Assembly (NCBI GenBank): GCA_963715325.1 | Contig: CAVQRR010000013.1 | Coordinates: forward strand, 192,060 to 256,059 | Direction: 5' to 3' | Source of the DNA: an uncultured Acidimicrobiales bacterium | GTDB lineage: Bacteria; Actinomycetota; Acidimicrobiia; Acidimicrobiales; SZUA-35 | Length of the DNA stretch: 64,000 nucleotides | Shown here: piece after piece, positions 37,530-49,370 of the stretch | How positions within the stretch are numbered: position 1 is the first letter of the stretch | Layout: every line of letters starts with the position of its first letter | Position numbers and translations under genes: made by a program | Notes under the pieces: generated by a model | Databases searched by the model: none | Seen by the model: the letters and a program-made list of their open reading frames with translations, nothing else | What the model was told of the DNA's origin: nothing

Positions 37530-39762
37530 TCAGTCGGGGCGGCGGTCGGGCGTCACCACCGCAACCACCGTCTGCGATGCGTGCTCCAGCACGTACTCGA
37601 CGTTGGGGCCGAGGCTCGGCCTGCCGTCGTCGAGGCGGCGCAGTTGGGCACCGAGCACGATCAGGTCGGCCTCGATCTCGACCGCCTGGCTGACGATCTC
37701 CACCGCCGGCCGGTTGGCGAAGCGGATTTCGGTGTCGGCGTTGGCGCTGACTTCCAGCGCATGGGCGTGGGCCTGGGCCAGAACCCGCTCCGCGACCTCG
37801 AGCTCCGCCCGCTCATTGTCGGCAACCACGCGACGATCGGCGCCGAGCTCGACCACGGCGGCGCCGCTGCGAAGCCGATCCAGGAGCCTCCGGCCGATGT
37901 CGGGTCGAGCGTCGGGTGGCTGGTAGACCACGTGGCTGAGGGTGAGCCGGGTACCGAGTCGGCCGGACAGGTTGGCCGCCAGCTCCTGGGCGGCCCGTGA
38001 CGACGGGCTGGCCACCACCGGCACCAGCGCCTGGGCGAAGATGCCGGGCAACGTGCCCGCCAGGTTCCTGGCGGTGCGGACGATGACGACCGGAAGATCG
38101 CTGGTCTTCAACAACTCGTCGACCAGTGGCGAGACGAAGGTGCCCTGACCCGGCTCGGCCACCGCTCCGACCGCGATCACCCCGTACCCCAGCTTCGATT
38201 GGGCGATGATCTGGCGCGCCTCTTCGACGACGTCGACCTCATCCAACATGGCCACGTCCAGCTCACGGCCGTACAACACGTTCTCGAGCACCGTCATGTC
38301 CGGCCCGTCACCGTTCTTGCGGACGGCCATCACCGTGGCCGCCAGCTCTTCGGGCCAGGCGAAGTGCACGATCTGGGCCGCCACGATGCTGTTGGTGTCC
38401 GACGCGGATGGCAACAGGATCCGGCTGTTGCGAATCAGCAGGTTCCTCGACAGCGCCTCCTCCCTGGCCAACCGTTCCCGCTCGGCAACCGAACCTTCGA
38501 GATCCTTGCTGAAGATCCTGAGGCCGATCGAGGCCAGCAACGACGTGACCAGAGGGATCATCACGATGATCGTGAAGCTGGTCTGGTTGAACACCCCAAG
38601 CGACAGCCCGACCGTTGCGATGATGATCTCCAGGGCACCCCTGGCGTTCAACCCGGCGCCGAGCACGAAACCCTCACGAGAGGTGAGGCCGGCCCACCGG
38701 GCCCCGGCCCACGAGCCGAAGAACTTGAGCAGGACCGCCACCAACAGCAGCACCAGCGCCCACGCCAACGCCGAGCCCCGCAGCAACGACAGGTCGAGCC
38801 GCAAGCCCGCGGTGGCGAAGAAGAGGGGGGCGAACAGCACCGCGGTGAGATCCTCGATCAGATGCTGCGATTCGATCTGCTGGTAGCGGGACTTGGCCAG
38901 GATCACGCCGGCCACGAAACTGCCGAGCACCGCCTCGACGCCCAGCCCCTGGGTTATCACGCCGAACACCAACATGGTGCCGAGTGTCACCGTCAGTGCA
39001 CCCTGCAGGTTGCGACCCTCCCGGCGGACATAGCGCAGCGCGGCATCGACCCCTCGTTGCCCGAGGCTCAGCGCCCCGATCAGGAACAGCCGCGAGGCCG
39101 AGGATCGTGAACCCGATGTCGATCGCCGACAGCTCACCGGATGCCGCCAGACCGGCGATGACCCCGAGGATGATCCAACCGATCACATCGTTGGCCATGC
39201 CGACGGCAATGGTGATCTGGCCGACATCGCGCCGCATCAGCCCGAGGTCACCGAGGATCTTGGCCACCACCGCCAACGCCGAGACCGCCACGCTGACCGC
39301 GATGAACAGGGTGAAGACCAGCCGGCTGGGACTGGTGCCGTCGATCTCGCCGTAGAACGAGTCCGGCATGAACCAGCCGGCGGCCAACCCACCGGCGAAC
39401 GGCACCGCCAGGCTGCCGATCGTGACCAGAGCGGCGGCCCGTCCGAGACGGCGGATCAGATCGAGGTCGGTCTCGAACCCGGCGACCACCAGCAGGAACG
39501 CGGCGCTGAACCAACTGACGGCCAACAACATCGCCGACTGCTGCTCGGCATAGGGCTGATCCGGCAGGAACCAGTCGAACCCCGATGGCCAGACGACCCC
39601 GAACACGCTGGGCCCGAGCAGCAGACCGGCGCAGAGTTGGCCGACCACCGATGGCAGGTTCAAGCGCCGGGCCACCTCGCCCAGAATTCGGGCCGCAGCG
39701 TACAACACCAGCAGCTGAACCCAGAACACCAGCAGCTGGTGGTGCTCCAGGCTGGTCAGCAT
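37530..39762 (-). pseudogene. CPA2-type cation:proton antiporter fused to two USP-like domains, interrupted by an apparent 1-nt insertion near 39088-39095
   Basis: ORF 38674..39762 gives the N-terminal TM region (VVGQLCAGLLLGPSVFG..). ORF 37530..39137 continues in another frame through further TM segments and two universal-stress-like modules. Changing GCGGCTG to GCGCTG joins them as ..FTILGLALFLIGALSLGQ.. Confidence 0.75.
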
Positions 39763-39765
39763 GAT

Positions 39766-40602
39766 CTACGAGCCGCCGAATCCGGCAACAACGGGGGCAT
39801 GATCGCTCGGTTTCTTGCCTTTCCTTGCGTTTCGGTCGACGAGATCGATCGTGGATCGGTCGGCCAGCGACCGCGAGGCCAGGACGTAGTCGATCCGCAT
39901 GCCCTGCCGCTTGTGGAAACGACCGGCCTGGTAGTCGTAGTAGGAGAACAGCCCGTCGTCGGGATATCGGGCCCGGAAGGTGTCCACCAGGCCCCAGTCC
40001 TTGACCCGACCCAGTGCCTCACGCTCCTGGGGCGTGACGTGGGTCAAGCCCTCGAACGTCGCCCGATCCCACACATCGCGGTCCTCGGGGGCGATGTTCC
40101 AGTCGCCGGCCACCACGACGTCCTCGGTTGGCTCGACGGTCCGCTCCAGGTGCTCTCGCAGTCGGCCGAGCCAGCTCAGCTTGTAGTGATACTGCTCGTG
40201 TCCGACTTCACGACCGTTTGGCACGTAGACACTGTGGACCCTGATCGAGCCGCAGCGGGCCGACACCAACCGGGCGTCCTCGTCGGGCTCGATGCCGTTG
40301 GCGAAACCCATGATCGGCTCTTCGATACCGATCCGGGAGGCGATGGCCACACCGTTCCATTGACCCTGCCCGTGATGCACGACCTCGTAGCCCTCGGCGG
40401 CGAAGAGCTCGGTCGGGAAGGCCTCGTCCGCCAGCTTCGTCTCCTGGAGGCACAACACTTCCGGGCCGACCTCGGCCAGCCATTGCTCGACCCTGGGGAT
40501 CCGGGCATTGAGGGAGTTCACGTTCCACGTCGCCACGAGCACCCATGGACCATAACCGTTCACGGCCGACCGATGCTCGTTCCAAACGTGACCAAGGGTC
40601 AT
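39766..40602 (-). CDS. xthA: Exodeoxyribonuclease III
   Basis: 278-aa ORF; the ATG is preceded by GGAGGTGAGGA. Motifs include ATWNVNSLNAR, LCLQETK, VYVPNG, GDWNIAP and DHAPV. Confidence 0.9.
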   Translation of the reverse strand: MTLGHVWNEHRSAVNGYGPWVLVATWNVNSLNARIPRVEQWLAEVGPEVLCLQETKLADEAFPTELFAAEGYEVVHHGQGQWNGVAIASRIGIEEPIMGFANGIEPDEDARLVSARCGSIRVHSVYVPNGREVGHEQYHYKLSWLGRLREHLERTVEPTEDVVVAGDWNIAPEDRDVWDRATFEGLTHVTPQEREALGRVKDWGLVDTFRARYPDDGLFSYYDYQAGRFHKRQGMRIDYVLASRSLADRSTIDLVDRNARKGKKPSDHAPVVAGFGGS

Positions 40603-40677
40603 TCCTCACCTCCCCACCTCAGAGAGTAGGATCGACGCACGGCATAGGGCCGGAACCGCTCGACAGAGGAGCAGGAC

Positions 40678-43600
40678 GTGACCTCCAACGAAATCGGTGA
40701 CGAGAACGACGCCGACGGCGACCACTCGACCGCAACCGGGCCGAACTCCTGGCTGGTCGACGAGATGTACAGCCAGTATCTCGGCAACCCCCGCTCGGTT
40801 CCCGAGGAGTGGCGGCAGGTCTTCGGAGAAGGACCGCCGGCCGGTGCCGAACCGGGGCGGACGCCGACCCCGATGCCGGGCCCGGATCCGGCCAACCGGG
40901 CGACGCCCAGCCATCGGGTCCAAGCCAAGCCAACACCGTCCCCGCAACCGGCACCACCGCCCATCGTCCCCACCGAGGAGCGACCGGTACGTGTCGCCGA
41001 GCTGCCGGCCAAGGCCCACGTCGCGGACCTGCGCCCGACCGGCACGCAAGCCCCCGCCCCGGCCCGCATCGGCACCGCAAACGGGGCGTCACCCCTGCAA
41101 CCGGCTCCGGCCCCCTCCCAACTCGATGGGGCCCCAGCACAAGCGGCGGCACCAGCACAAGCACCGGCACCAGCACAAGCGGCGGCACCAGCACCGGCGG
41201 CGGCACCAGCACAAGCGGCGGCACCAGCACCGACGACCGACGGCCGACGGTCCGCCGACGATCGAACCAACGGCGATCGGGCCGGTGGGGCGCCGGAGCG
41301 TACTGACGAGCCGTCTCCCGAGAACCACGACGAAGCCATCCGAGGGGTTGCGGCCCGGATCGCCGTCAACATGGAGGCCAGCCTCGACGTTCCCACCGCC
41401 ACCAGCTTCCGGGAAGTGCCGGCCAAGCTGCTGGAGGTCAACCGCAAGGTGCTCAACAACCACCTGCGCCGGGTCAGGGGCGGCAAGGTCAGCTTCACCC
41501 ACCTGATCGGCTATGCCGTGGTCCGAGCCATCGCCGAAGAGGTGCCGAACCTCAACAACAGCTACAAGACCGACGAGCACGACAAGCCGTTCCTGGTCCG
41601 CAACCCCCACATCAACGTGGGGATCGCCGTCGATCAGCAAAAGGCGGACGGTTCCAGAACGCTCATCGTGCCGGTGATCAAGCAGGCGGAAACGATGAAC
41701 TTCACCCAGTTCGTCGATGCCTACGAATCGCTCATCCGCAAGGTCCGCGACGGCAAGATCGGCGTCGACGACCTGATGGGGGCAACGATCAGCCTGACCA
41801 ACCCCGGCACGATCGGGACCGTGCAGTCCGTGCCACGGCTGATGCCGGGCCAAGGCGCCATCATCGGCGTCGGCAGGATCGGCTATCCGGCCGAGTACGA
41901 GGCGGCGGACCCGAAGATGCTGGCCCAACTCGGGCTGTCGAAGATCATCGCCATCACCTCGACCTACGACCACCGGATCATCCAGGGCGCCGAGTCTGGA
42001 CTGTTCCTCAAGAAGGTCCACGAGCTGCTCCTGGGGGAGGACGAGTTCTACGATCGTCTGTTCGCCGACATGGGCGTGCCATACGAGGCGGTGAAGTGGC
42101 GGATAGACCACGGCACGTCGGACTACGAGGACAGCGTCACCGGGGCGGTGGCCAAGCAGATGGCGGTCAACACCCTCATCAACCAATACCGGGTTCGAGG
42201 TCACCTGATCGCCAACACCGATCCCCTGGCCAACGGGGCGGCGGTGATGCACCCCGAGCTCGATCCGGCAACCTATGGCCTGACGATCTGGGATCTCGAC
42301 CGCGAGTTCCTGACCGGCAACCGGGCGGGCATCTACGCCTCGGTCGGCGGCGAGGTCCAGATGATGAAGCTGGGCGACATCCTCGGTGTCCTGCGCGACG
42401 CCTACTCCAGGACGATCGGCGTCGAGTACATGCACATCGCCGACCCGGTGGAGAAGCGGTGGATCCAGGAGCAGGTCGAGGGCGAATGGCCTCCCATCGA
42501 TCGCGACACACAGCAGCACATCCTGGAACGGCTCAGCGCGGCCGAAGCACTCGAGAAGTTCCTGGCCGCCCGCTATGTCGGTCAGAAACGATTCGGCCTG
42601 GAAGGGACCGAGAGCGCGATTCCCATCCTCGATGCGGTCCTGTCGGCGGCGGCCGATGCCAGCATGGATCGGGCCATCCTCGGGATGGCCCACCGGGGCA
42701 GGCTCAACGTGCTGGTCAACATAATGGGCAAGCACTACACCGACCTGTTCACCGAGTTCGAGGGGGCGGTGGACGAAGACGCGGTGCAGGGCTCGGGCGA
42801 CGTGAAGTACCACCTTGGCCAGGTCGGTGAGCACGTCAGCCGACGCAACAACGTGATCGACATCGAGCTGGCGGCAAACCCGTCCCACCTCGAAGCGGTC
42901 GACCCGGTGGTGGTCGGCATGGCCCGGGCCTACATGGACCAGAGCACCTCGGGCAACTACCCGATCCTGCCGATCCTCATCCACGGCGACGCGGCCTTCG
43001 CCGGCCAGGGGGTGGTGGCCGAGACGCTGAACCTCTCCCAGGTCCACGGCTACAAGGTCGGCGGGACCATCCATCTGGTCATCAACAACCAGCTCGGCTA
43101 CACCACTGCCCCCCACCAGTCCCGCTCGTCGGAATACTCGACCGATGTGGCCAAGACCGTCCAGGCACCGATCTTCCACGTCAACTCCGATGACCCTGAG
43201 GCCTGTGTCCGGGTGGCCCGGCTGGCCTTCGACTATCGCCAGCAGTTCAACAAGGACGTGGTGATCGACATGATCGGCTACCGGCGCCACGGTCACAACG
43301 AGGGTGACGACCCGAGCTACACCCAACCGACGATGTACCGCCGGATCTCCGAGCTGCCGTCGGCCAGGACGATGTACACCCAGGCGTTGATAGATCGGGG
43401 CGACATCACCGTCGAGGAAGCCGAGCAGGCGTTGGAGTACTTCCAGGCCGTGCTCCAGGAGGCACTCGACACGACCCGCGGCCATGCGCCACCACCGGAC
43501 ATCAGGGCCGCACCGCCCCCACCGTCGGTCGGGGTGCTGCCCCACATCGACACCGGCGTCCCCAAGCGGACCCTCGACGACATCTACCACACGATGAGCA

Positions 43601-44709
43601 CGGTGCCGGAGGGTTTCACCGTCCACCCCAAGCTGGCCCGCCAATTCGAGGCCCGGGACAAGATGTGGGCCGGCGGCGAGGTCGACTGGGCGCTGGGCGA
43701 GGCGTTCGCCATCGGGTCGTTGTTGCACGAAGGCACATCGGTCCGCCTTGCCGGCCAGGACAGCAGGCGAGGCACGTTCGCCCACCGCCACGCCACCCTT
43801 CACGACTACGACGATGGGACCGAGTACACGCCGCTGACCGAGGTCGGATCCGACGACACCCACTTCTGGGTCTACGACTCCACCCTGTCGGAGTACGCCG
43901 GGCTCGGGTTCGAGTACGGCTACTCGGTGGCCAACCCCAAGGCCCTGGTGATGTGGGAGGCTCAGTTCGGCGATTTCATCAACGGCGCCCAGATCATCAT
44001 CGACCAGTTCCTGGTGGCGGCCGAGGACAAGTGGAATGAATCGGTCAGCCTGGTGATGCTGTTGCCCCACGGCTACGAAGGCCAGGGCCCCGAGCACTCC
44101 TCGGGCCGGCTCGAGCGGTTCCTGTTGCTGTGCGCCGAGGACAACATCCAGGTGGCAAACGTGACGACAGCGGCCCAGTTCTTCCACATGCTCCGTCGTC
44201 AGGTCGTGAGACGAAACTCCAAGCCGCTGGTGGTCTTCACTCCCAAGTCCGGTCTGCGGGCCAAGTGGTCCCGCTCACCGGTGCAGCACCTCACCCACGG
44301 GTCGTTCGAGGAGGTCCTCGACGACGAGGTCGCCAACGCCTCGGCGATCAAGCGGGTGATCTTCGCATCGGGGAAGGTGGCCATCGAGGCCATCGAACAC
44401 CGCGACGAGATGGCCACCGACCTGGCGGCCATCGTTCGGGTGGAGCAGCTCTACCCGTGGCCGTTCGCCGCGGTGGCCCATGTGCTGGAGCGGTACGGCA
44501 ACGCCGACGAGGTGGTGTGGCTCCAGGAGGAACCGGAGAACATGGGGGCCTGGAACACGGTCAAGGGCCGTCTGTACGAGGCCCACGGCGAGACCCATCG
44601 AATCCGCCGGGTCAGCCGACCGGAATCCGGCAGCCCGGCGACCGGTTCGGTGGCCATCCACCGTCAGGAGCAACAGGAGCTCCTGCAGCGGGCATTCGGC
44701 GGGCTCTGA
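40678..44709 (+). CDS. kgd: Multifunctional 2-oxoglutarate decarboxylase/dehydrogenase (actinobacterial Kgd: E2-like acyltransferase domain fused to E1o)
   Basis: 1343-aa ORF with a GTG start after GAGGAG. It has NSWLVDEMYSQYL, an Ala/Pro/Gln-rich linker, the acyltransferase core DHRIIQGAESG, then E1o motifs (GMAHRGRLNVL, HGDAAFAGQGVV, RRHGHNEGDDPS). Confidence 0.9.
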   Translation: MTSNEIGDENDADGDHSTATGPNSWLVDEMYSQYLGNPRSVPEEWRQVFGEGPPAGAEPGRTPTPMPGPDPANRATPSHRVQAKPTPSPQPAPPPIVPTEERPVRVAELPAKAHVADLRPTGTQAPAPARIGTANGASPLQPAPAPSQLDGAPAQAAAPAQAPAPAQAAAPAPAAAPAQAAAPAPTTDGRRSADDRTNGDRAGGAPERTDEPSPENHDEAIRGVAARIAVNMEASLDVPTATSFREVPAKLLEVNRKVLNNHLRRVRGGKVSFTHLIGYAVVRAIAEEVPNLNNSYKTDEHDKPFLVRNPHINVGIAVDQQKADGSRTLIVPVIKQAETMNFTQFVDAYESLIRKVRDGKIGVDDLMGATISLTNPGTIGTVQSVPRLMPGQGAIIGVGRIGYPAEYEAADPKMLAQLGLSKIIAITSTYDHRIIQGAESGLFLKKVHELLLGEDEFYDRLFADMGVPYEAVKWRIDHGTSDYEDSVTGAVAKQMAVNTLINQYRVRGHLIANTDPLANGAAVMHPELDPATYGLTIWDLDREFLTGNRAGIYASVGGEVQMMKLGDILGVLRDAYSRTIGVEYMHIADPVEKRWIQEQVEGEWPPIDRDTQQHILERLSAAEALEKFLAARYVGQKRFGLEGTESAIPILDAVLSAAADASMDRAILGMAHRGRLNVLVNIMGKHYTDLFTEFEGAVDEDAVQGSGDVKYHLGQVGEHVSRRNNVIDIELAANPSHLEAVDPVVVGMARAYMDQSTSGNYPILPILIHGDAAFAGQGVVAETLNLSQVHGYKVGGTIHLVINNQLGYTTAPHQSRSSEYSTDVAKTVQAPIFHVNSDDPEACVRVARLAFDYRQQFNKDVVIDMIGYRRHGHNEGDDPSYTQPTMYRRISELPSARTMYTQALIDRGDITVEEAEQALEYFQAVLQEALDTTRGHAPPPDIRAAPPPPSVGVLPHIDTGVPKRTLDDIYHTMSTVPEGFTVHPKLARQFEARDKMWAGGEVDWALGEAFAIGSLLHEGTSVRLAGQDSRRGTFAHRHATLHDYDDGTEYTPLTEVGSDDTHFWVYDSTLSEYAGLGFEYGYSVANPKALVMWEAQFGDFINGAQIIIDQFLVAAEDKWNESVSLVMLLPHGYEGQGPEHSSGRLERFLLLCAEDNIQVANVTTAAQFFHMLRRQVVRRNSKPLVVFTPKSGLRAKWSRSPVQHLTHGSFEEVLDDEVANASAIKRVIFASGKVAIEAIEHRDEMATDLAAIVRVEQLYPWPFAAVAHVLERYGNADEVVWLQEEPENMGAWNTVKGRLYEAHGETHRIRRVSRPESGSPATGSVAIHRQEQQELLQRAFGGL

Positions 44710-44733
44710 GCCAGACACGCCGAGGCCGGTCGC

Positions 44734-45438
44734 TCAGGATCTAAGCGGGACACCGATCACCTGCTCGAGATCGGCCAGGGCCTGCTCGGCGCTGAGCACT
44801 TTGATCGTCGTCATGCCCATGGCTCTTGCCGGCTTGAGGTTGATCCCGAGATCGTCGAGGAACACCGCCTCCGTCGCCGCGGTCCCGACCATCTCCAGGG
44901 CTCGCAGGTAGAACGCATTCTCCGGTTTGCGGACACCGATCACCGACGACTCGACGACGTGGTCGAACAGCGCCATCACCTCCGCCACCTGGGCGTCGCG
45001 CGCCGACATCGGCCCTCCGCCATCGGCACCGTCGAGCGCGGCATCCGCCGACGCGCCGGTGGCGGGGCGGTTCGGCGACTTGCGGAAGTTGTTGGTCAGG
45101 CAGGCGGTGACGAGGCCGGTGGACTTGATCCGTCGGATGGCCTCGACCATCTCCGGGCGGACGTCGCCGGCGATCAGCTCCAGCACCTTGCGGCCGCTGG
45201 CCCGATGGCCCCGCGCTCGCGCCTCTGCTTCGAACAACTCGACGAAGCCGTCGGCATCGACGTCGTTCCGTTCGAACCGGGCCCAGGCGTTGTCGTCGGA
45301 GTTGGTCGAGTTGATGTCGCGGATCAGCCCGACCGGGAACCCTTCGGCCCGCTCGTACCGGGCGAAGGCGTCGAAGGGACTGGTGAGCACGACACCGCCG
45401 AAGTCGAACAGTACGGCACGGATCTTCTGAGTCGTCAC
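44734..45438 (-). CDS. HAD-superfamily hydrolase (subfamily IA)
   Basis: 234-aa ORF with motif I AVLFDFGGVV, motif II CLTNN, and motif III/IV VRKPE..FLDDLGINL. Confidence 0.8.
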   Translation of the reverse strand: MTTQKIRAVLFDFGGVVLTSPFDAFARYERAEGFPVGLIRDINSTNSDDNAWARFERNDVDADGFVELFEAEARARGHRASGRKVLELIAGDVRPEMVEAIRRIKSTGLVTACLTNNFRKSPNRPATGASADAALDGADGGGPMSARDAQVAEVMALFDHVVESSVIGVRKPENAFYLRALEMVGTAATEAVFLDDLGINLKPARAMGMTTIKVLSAEQALADLEQVIGVPLRS

Positions 45439-45547
45439 GGCGCGATCCTATGGGACCGGCCGACGGTCTGCGAACACCGGCCGGCGGTGTTGCGGGCGGT
45501 CGAAAGTTTCGGGTATCGACGGAATCTCGTTCCTTTAGTGATTGACT

Positions 45548-47188
45548 ATGCATGTAATGGCAAGCACGAGTCGACACCTAGTGGTCGATGGGTCAAACAT
45601 CGCGACAGAGAGTCGAACACTTCCGAGTCTTGCTCAACTCGACGAAGCTGTTCGCGCTGCCCAGGCTGAGGAGCCGGGTCGACAGATCACCGTCATCGTC
45701 GACGCCACGTTCGCCCACCGCATCGACCCATCCGAAAGCAAGATGTTCGAGGACGCCAACAACGCCGGCGAGATCATCATGCCGCCGGCGGGCGCAGTGG
45801 GTCGGGGTGACGCCTTCATCCTCCAGGTGGCGGAGAAGGCCGACGCCGCGGTGTTGTCCAACGATTCGTTCCAGGAGTTCCACGGCGAGCACCCGTGGTT
45901 GTTCGACGAAGGCCGCCTCATCGGCGGCAAGCCGGTCGAGGGTATCGGCTGGGTGTTCGTCCCCCGGGTCCCGGTTCGAGGTCCGGCCAGTCGCCGGTCG
46001 ACCAGGGAGGCCAAGGACGGCACGTCCTCCTCCGGTCGCTCCAGCAGGTCCGGTCGATCGGGTCGGTCGACGAAGGGTCGCAAGGAGGCCCGCAAGCGAA
46101 CTCCCCAGGGGCCGCCGCCAAAGCCGACCTCGGCGACACCGCCGCCCGGAAGGCGGGAACGCCGTACCGGCGACGATGGCGGTGAGACCGATCGGCGCAG
46201 GACCCAGCGCCGATCGAGGTCCAAGGGCAAGTCGACCGAAGCGAACGACGCCCCGTCGGAATCGCAGCCGACGTCGAGCGCCGGTGCCCGATCCAGGTCG
46301 ACCAAGAGCGACGCCGAGGGCGCCGAGAAATCGAAGTCGCAGAAGAGGAACGTTCAGGAGCTGAACAGCGCCAGGGACTTCATGCTCTTCGTGACGCAGC
46401 ATTCGATCGGCGATGAAGTCAGCGGTGTCGTCGATCGGTTCTCCTCTCATGGGTGCTACCTGCTGGCATCCTCCGCCCAGTGCTATCTGCCATCGAGTGC
46501 GATGGGGGATCCCCCGCCGTCGAGAGCCCGCGATGTGGTTTCGTTGGGCCAGACGGTGATCGTGCGCGTCGAGTCAATAGACTCCGACCGTCGTGGCATC
46601 AATGTGGTGTTGGTGCGCACCGTCAGCGATGACGGCACGAAGCAGAAACCGACCGCGGGAGATTCTCGCGGTACGAATGAAATGTCAACCTCTCAACAGC
46701 AGGCTTCCGTCGCCGACGAAACAGCCCGAGAGGCGAATCTCACAAGGAGCAAAACCACCGTGGCTACAACCAAACCCGCAAAGAAGTCGCAGAAGCGGCC
46801 GGCGGCCAAGAAGGCGACCGAGAAGAAGGCGGCGGAGGCCACCACATCTCCGAGGGCGACGAAGGCTGCGGCCCGACGAACCGCAACCAAGAAGACCACG
46901 AAGAAGGCGACGGCCAAGAAGACCACGGCAAAGCGCCCCGCGGCCAAGAAAGCCACCGCCAAGAAGACCACCGCCAAGAAGACCACCACCAAGAAGACCA
47001 CGGCAAAGCGCCCCGCGGCCAAGAAGACCACCACCAAGAAGAGCCACCACCAAGAAGACCACGGCAAAGCGCCCCGCGGCCAAGAAAGCCACGACCAAGA
47101 AGACCACCGCCAAGAAGACCACCAGGGCGACGAAGAAGAGCACCGCCAAGCGTTGAGCGTCGTGGTCGTCCCGCACCGCTCGGTCTGA
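45548..47188 (+). CDS. Zc3h12a-like NYN ribonuclease domain fused to an S1 RNA-binding domain and a Lys/Ala/Thr-rich (histone H1-like) tail
   Basis: Candidate starts are 45542 (TTG), 45548 and 45557 (ATG). The N-terminus HLVVDGSNIA..ITVIVDATF..GDAFILQVAEKADAAVLSNDSFQEF..WLFDEGRLIGGKP parallels the Regnase/MCPIP1 NYN domain. An S1-like domain follows a basic linker (IGDEVSGVVDRFSSHGCYLL..GQTVIVRVESIDSDRRGINV). The tail has KKTTAKKATAKRPAAKK repeats. A 1-nt insertion near 47035-47047 shifts the last ~45 codons; the corrected frame stops at 47156. Confidence 0.65.
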   Translation: MHVMASTSRHLVVDGSNIATESRTLPSLAQLDEAVRAAQAEEPGRQITVIVDATFAHRIDPSESKMFEDANNAGEIIMPPAGAVGRGDAFILQVAEKADAAVLSNDSFQEFHGEHPWLFDEGRLIGGKPVEGIGWVFVPRVPVRGPASRRSTREAKDGTSSSGRSSRSGRSGRSTKGRKEARKRTPQGPPPKPTSATPPPGRRERRTGDDGGETDRRRTQRRSRSKGKSTEANDAPSESQPTSSAGARSRSTKSDAEGAEKSKSQKRNVQELNSARDFMLFVTQHSIGDEVSGVVDRFSSHGCYLLASSAQCYLPSSAMGDPPPSRARDVVSLGQTVIVRVESIDSDRRGINVVLVRTVSDDGTKQKPTAGDSRGTNEMSTSQQQASVADETAREANLTRSKTTVATTKPAKKSQKRPAAKKATEKKAAEATTSPRATKAAARRTATKKTTKKATAKKTTAKRPAAKKATAKKTTAKKTTTKKTTAKRPAAKKTTTKKSHHQEDHGKAPRGQESHDQEDHRQEDHQGDEEEHRQALSVVVVPHRSV

Positions 47189-47206
47189 TCCAATCACCAA
47201 GTCGAA

Positions 47207-47245
47207 GAGGGGGACCCGGTCCAACCGGGTCCCCCTCTCGGTTTT
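47207..47245 (+). terminator. Rho-independent terminator downstream of the NYN-S1 gene
   Basis: GAGGGGGACCCGG-TCCAA-CCGGGTCCCCCTC forms a 13-bp perfect stem, followed by TCGGTTTT. Confidence 0.75.
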
Positions 47246-47283
47246 GCGGTGAGCGAGGCCGCACCGCCGGTAGCCTCTCCCCC

Positions 47284-48972
<1,689 letters not shown>

Positions 48973-49147
48973 TCGGGGGCGGGAGACCCCGCCCGGTCGC
49001 TCAAACCGCCGGCCTGGTCGCCGATAGATCAGGATGGCTTCGAGGTCTTCGGCTGCGACACGAGCGGTCAACACGAAAACGTCAACCACCAACGGCGGAG
49101 GCCGGCAGACCAAACAGCCTGGCGATCAGGTTTGGGAGAGCCGGGCG

Positions 49148-49345
49148 GTGATCAAGCTGATCGAAGCCGGGAGCGCCGTCGAGTGCCCCCACTGCCTGGA
49201 GCGGGTGAAGTTCCGAGCTCGTCACCGCGACCAGCAGGTGATCTGCAACGTGTACGTGAACGGGGTCTGGCAGCGGGTCGAGCAGTACCATCTCGAGTGC
49301 TACAGCGACGCCGACTCGCCCCACGGCGATGCGGTGAAGGGGTAG
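49148..49345 (+). CDS. Small cysteine-containing hypothetical protein
   Basis: In-frame GTG at 49148, after GGGAGAG, within ORF 49034..49345: VIKLIEAGSAVECPHCLERVKF..VICNVY..YHLECY. GC3 is clearly higher from this point than in the upstream part of the ORF. Confidence 0.4.
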   Translation: MIKLIEAGSAVECPHCLERVKFRARHRDQQVICNVYVNGVWQRVEQYHLECYSDADSPHGDAVKG

Positions 49346-49370
49346 GCGACCGGCCGCTGGTCGACCAACT

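Noticed and set aside
41090-41240. Repetitive GCACCAGCACAAGCGGCG tract inside kgd.
   Set aside because: It encodes an Ala/Pro/Gln-rich flexible linker (APAQAAAPAQAPAPAQAAAPAPAAAP). This is normal between the N-terminal segment and the acyltransferase domain of 2-oxoacid dehydrogenase components.
41089-44187. Very long antisense or alternative-frame ORFs: 41089..44187(-) 1032 aa, 47194..49113(-), 35534..37390(-), 20148..21971(-), 23187..25103(-), 2317..3735(+), 8695..9894(-), 15858..17969(+).
   Set aside because: Each lies opposite or out of frame to a gene with clear family motifs. Their products are Arg/Gly/Pro/Asp-rich with no motifs, which is typical of shadow ORFs in high-GC DNA.
46593-47156. 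A separate lysine-rich histone-like gene (ORF 46593..47156).
   Set aside because: Most of this ORF is an out-of-frame shadow of the NYN-S1 gene. Only its last ~40 codons (TTKKTTAKRPAAKK..STAKR*) are meaningful, as the continuation of that gene's tail once the 1-nt insertion near 47040 is removed.
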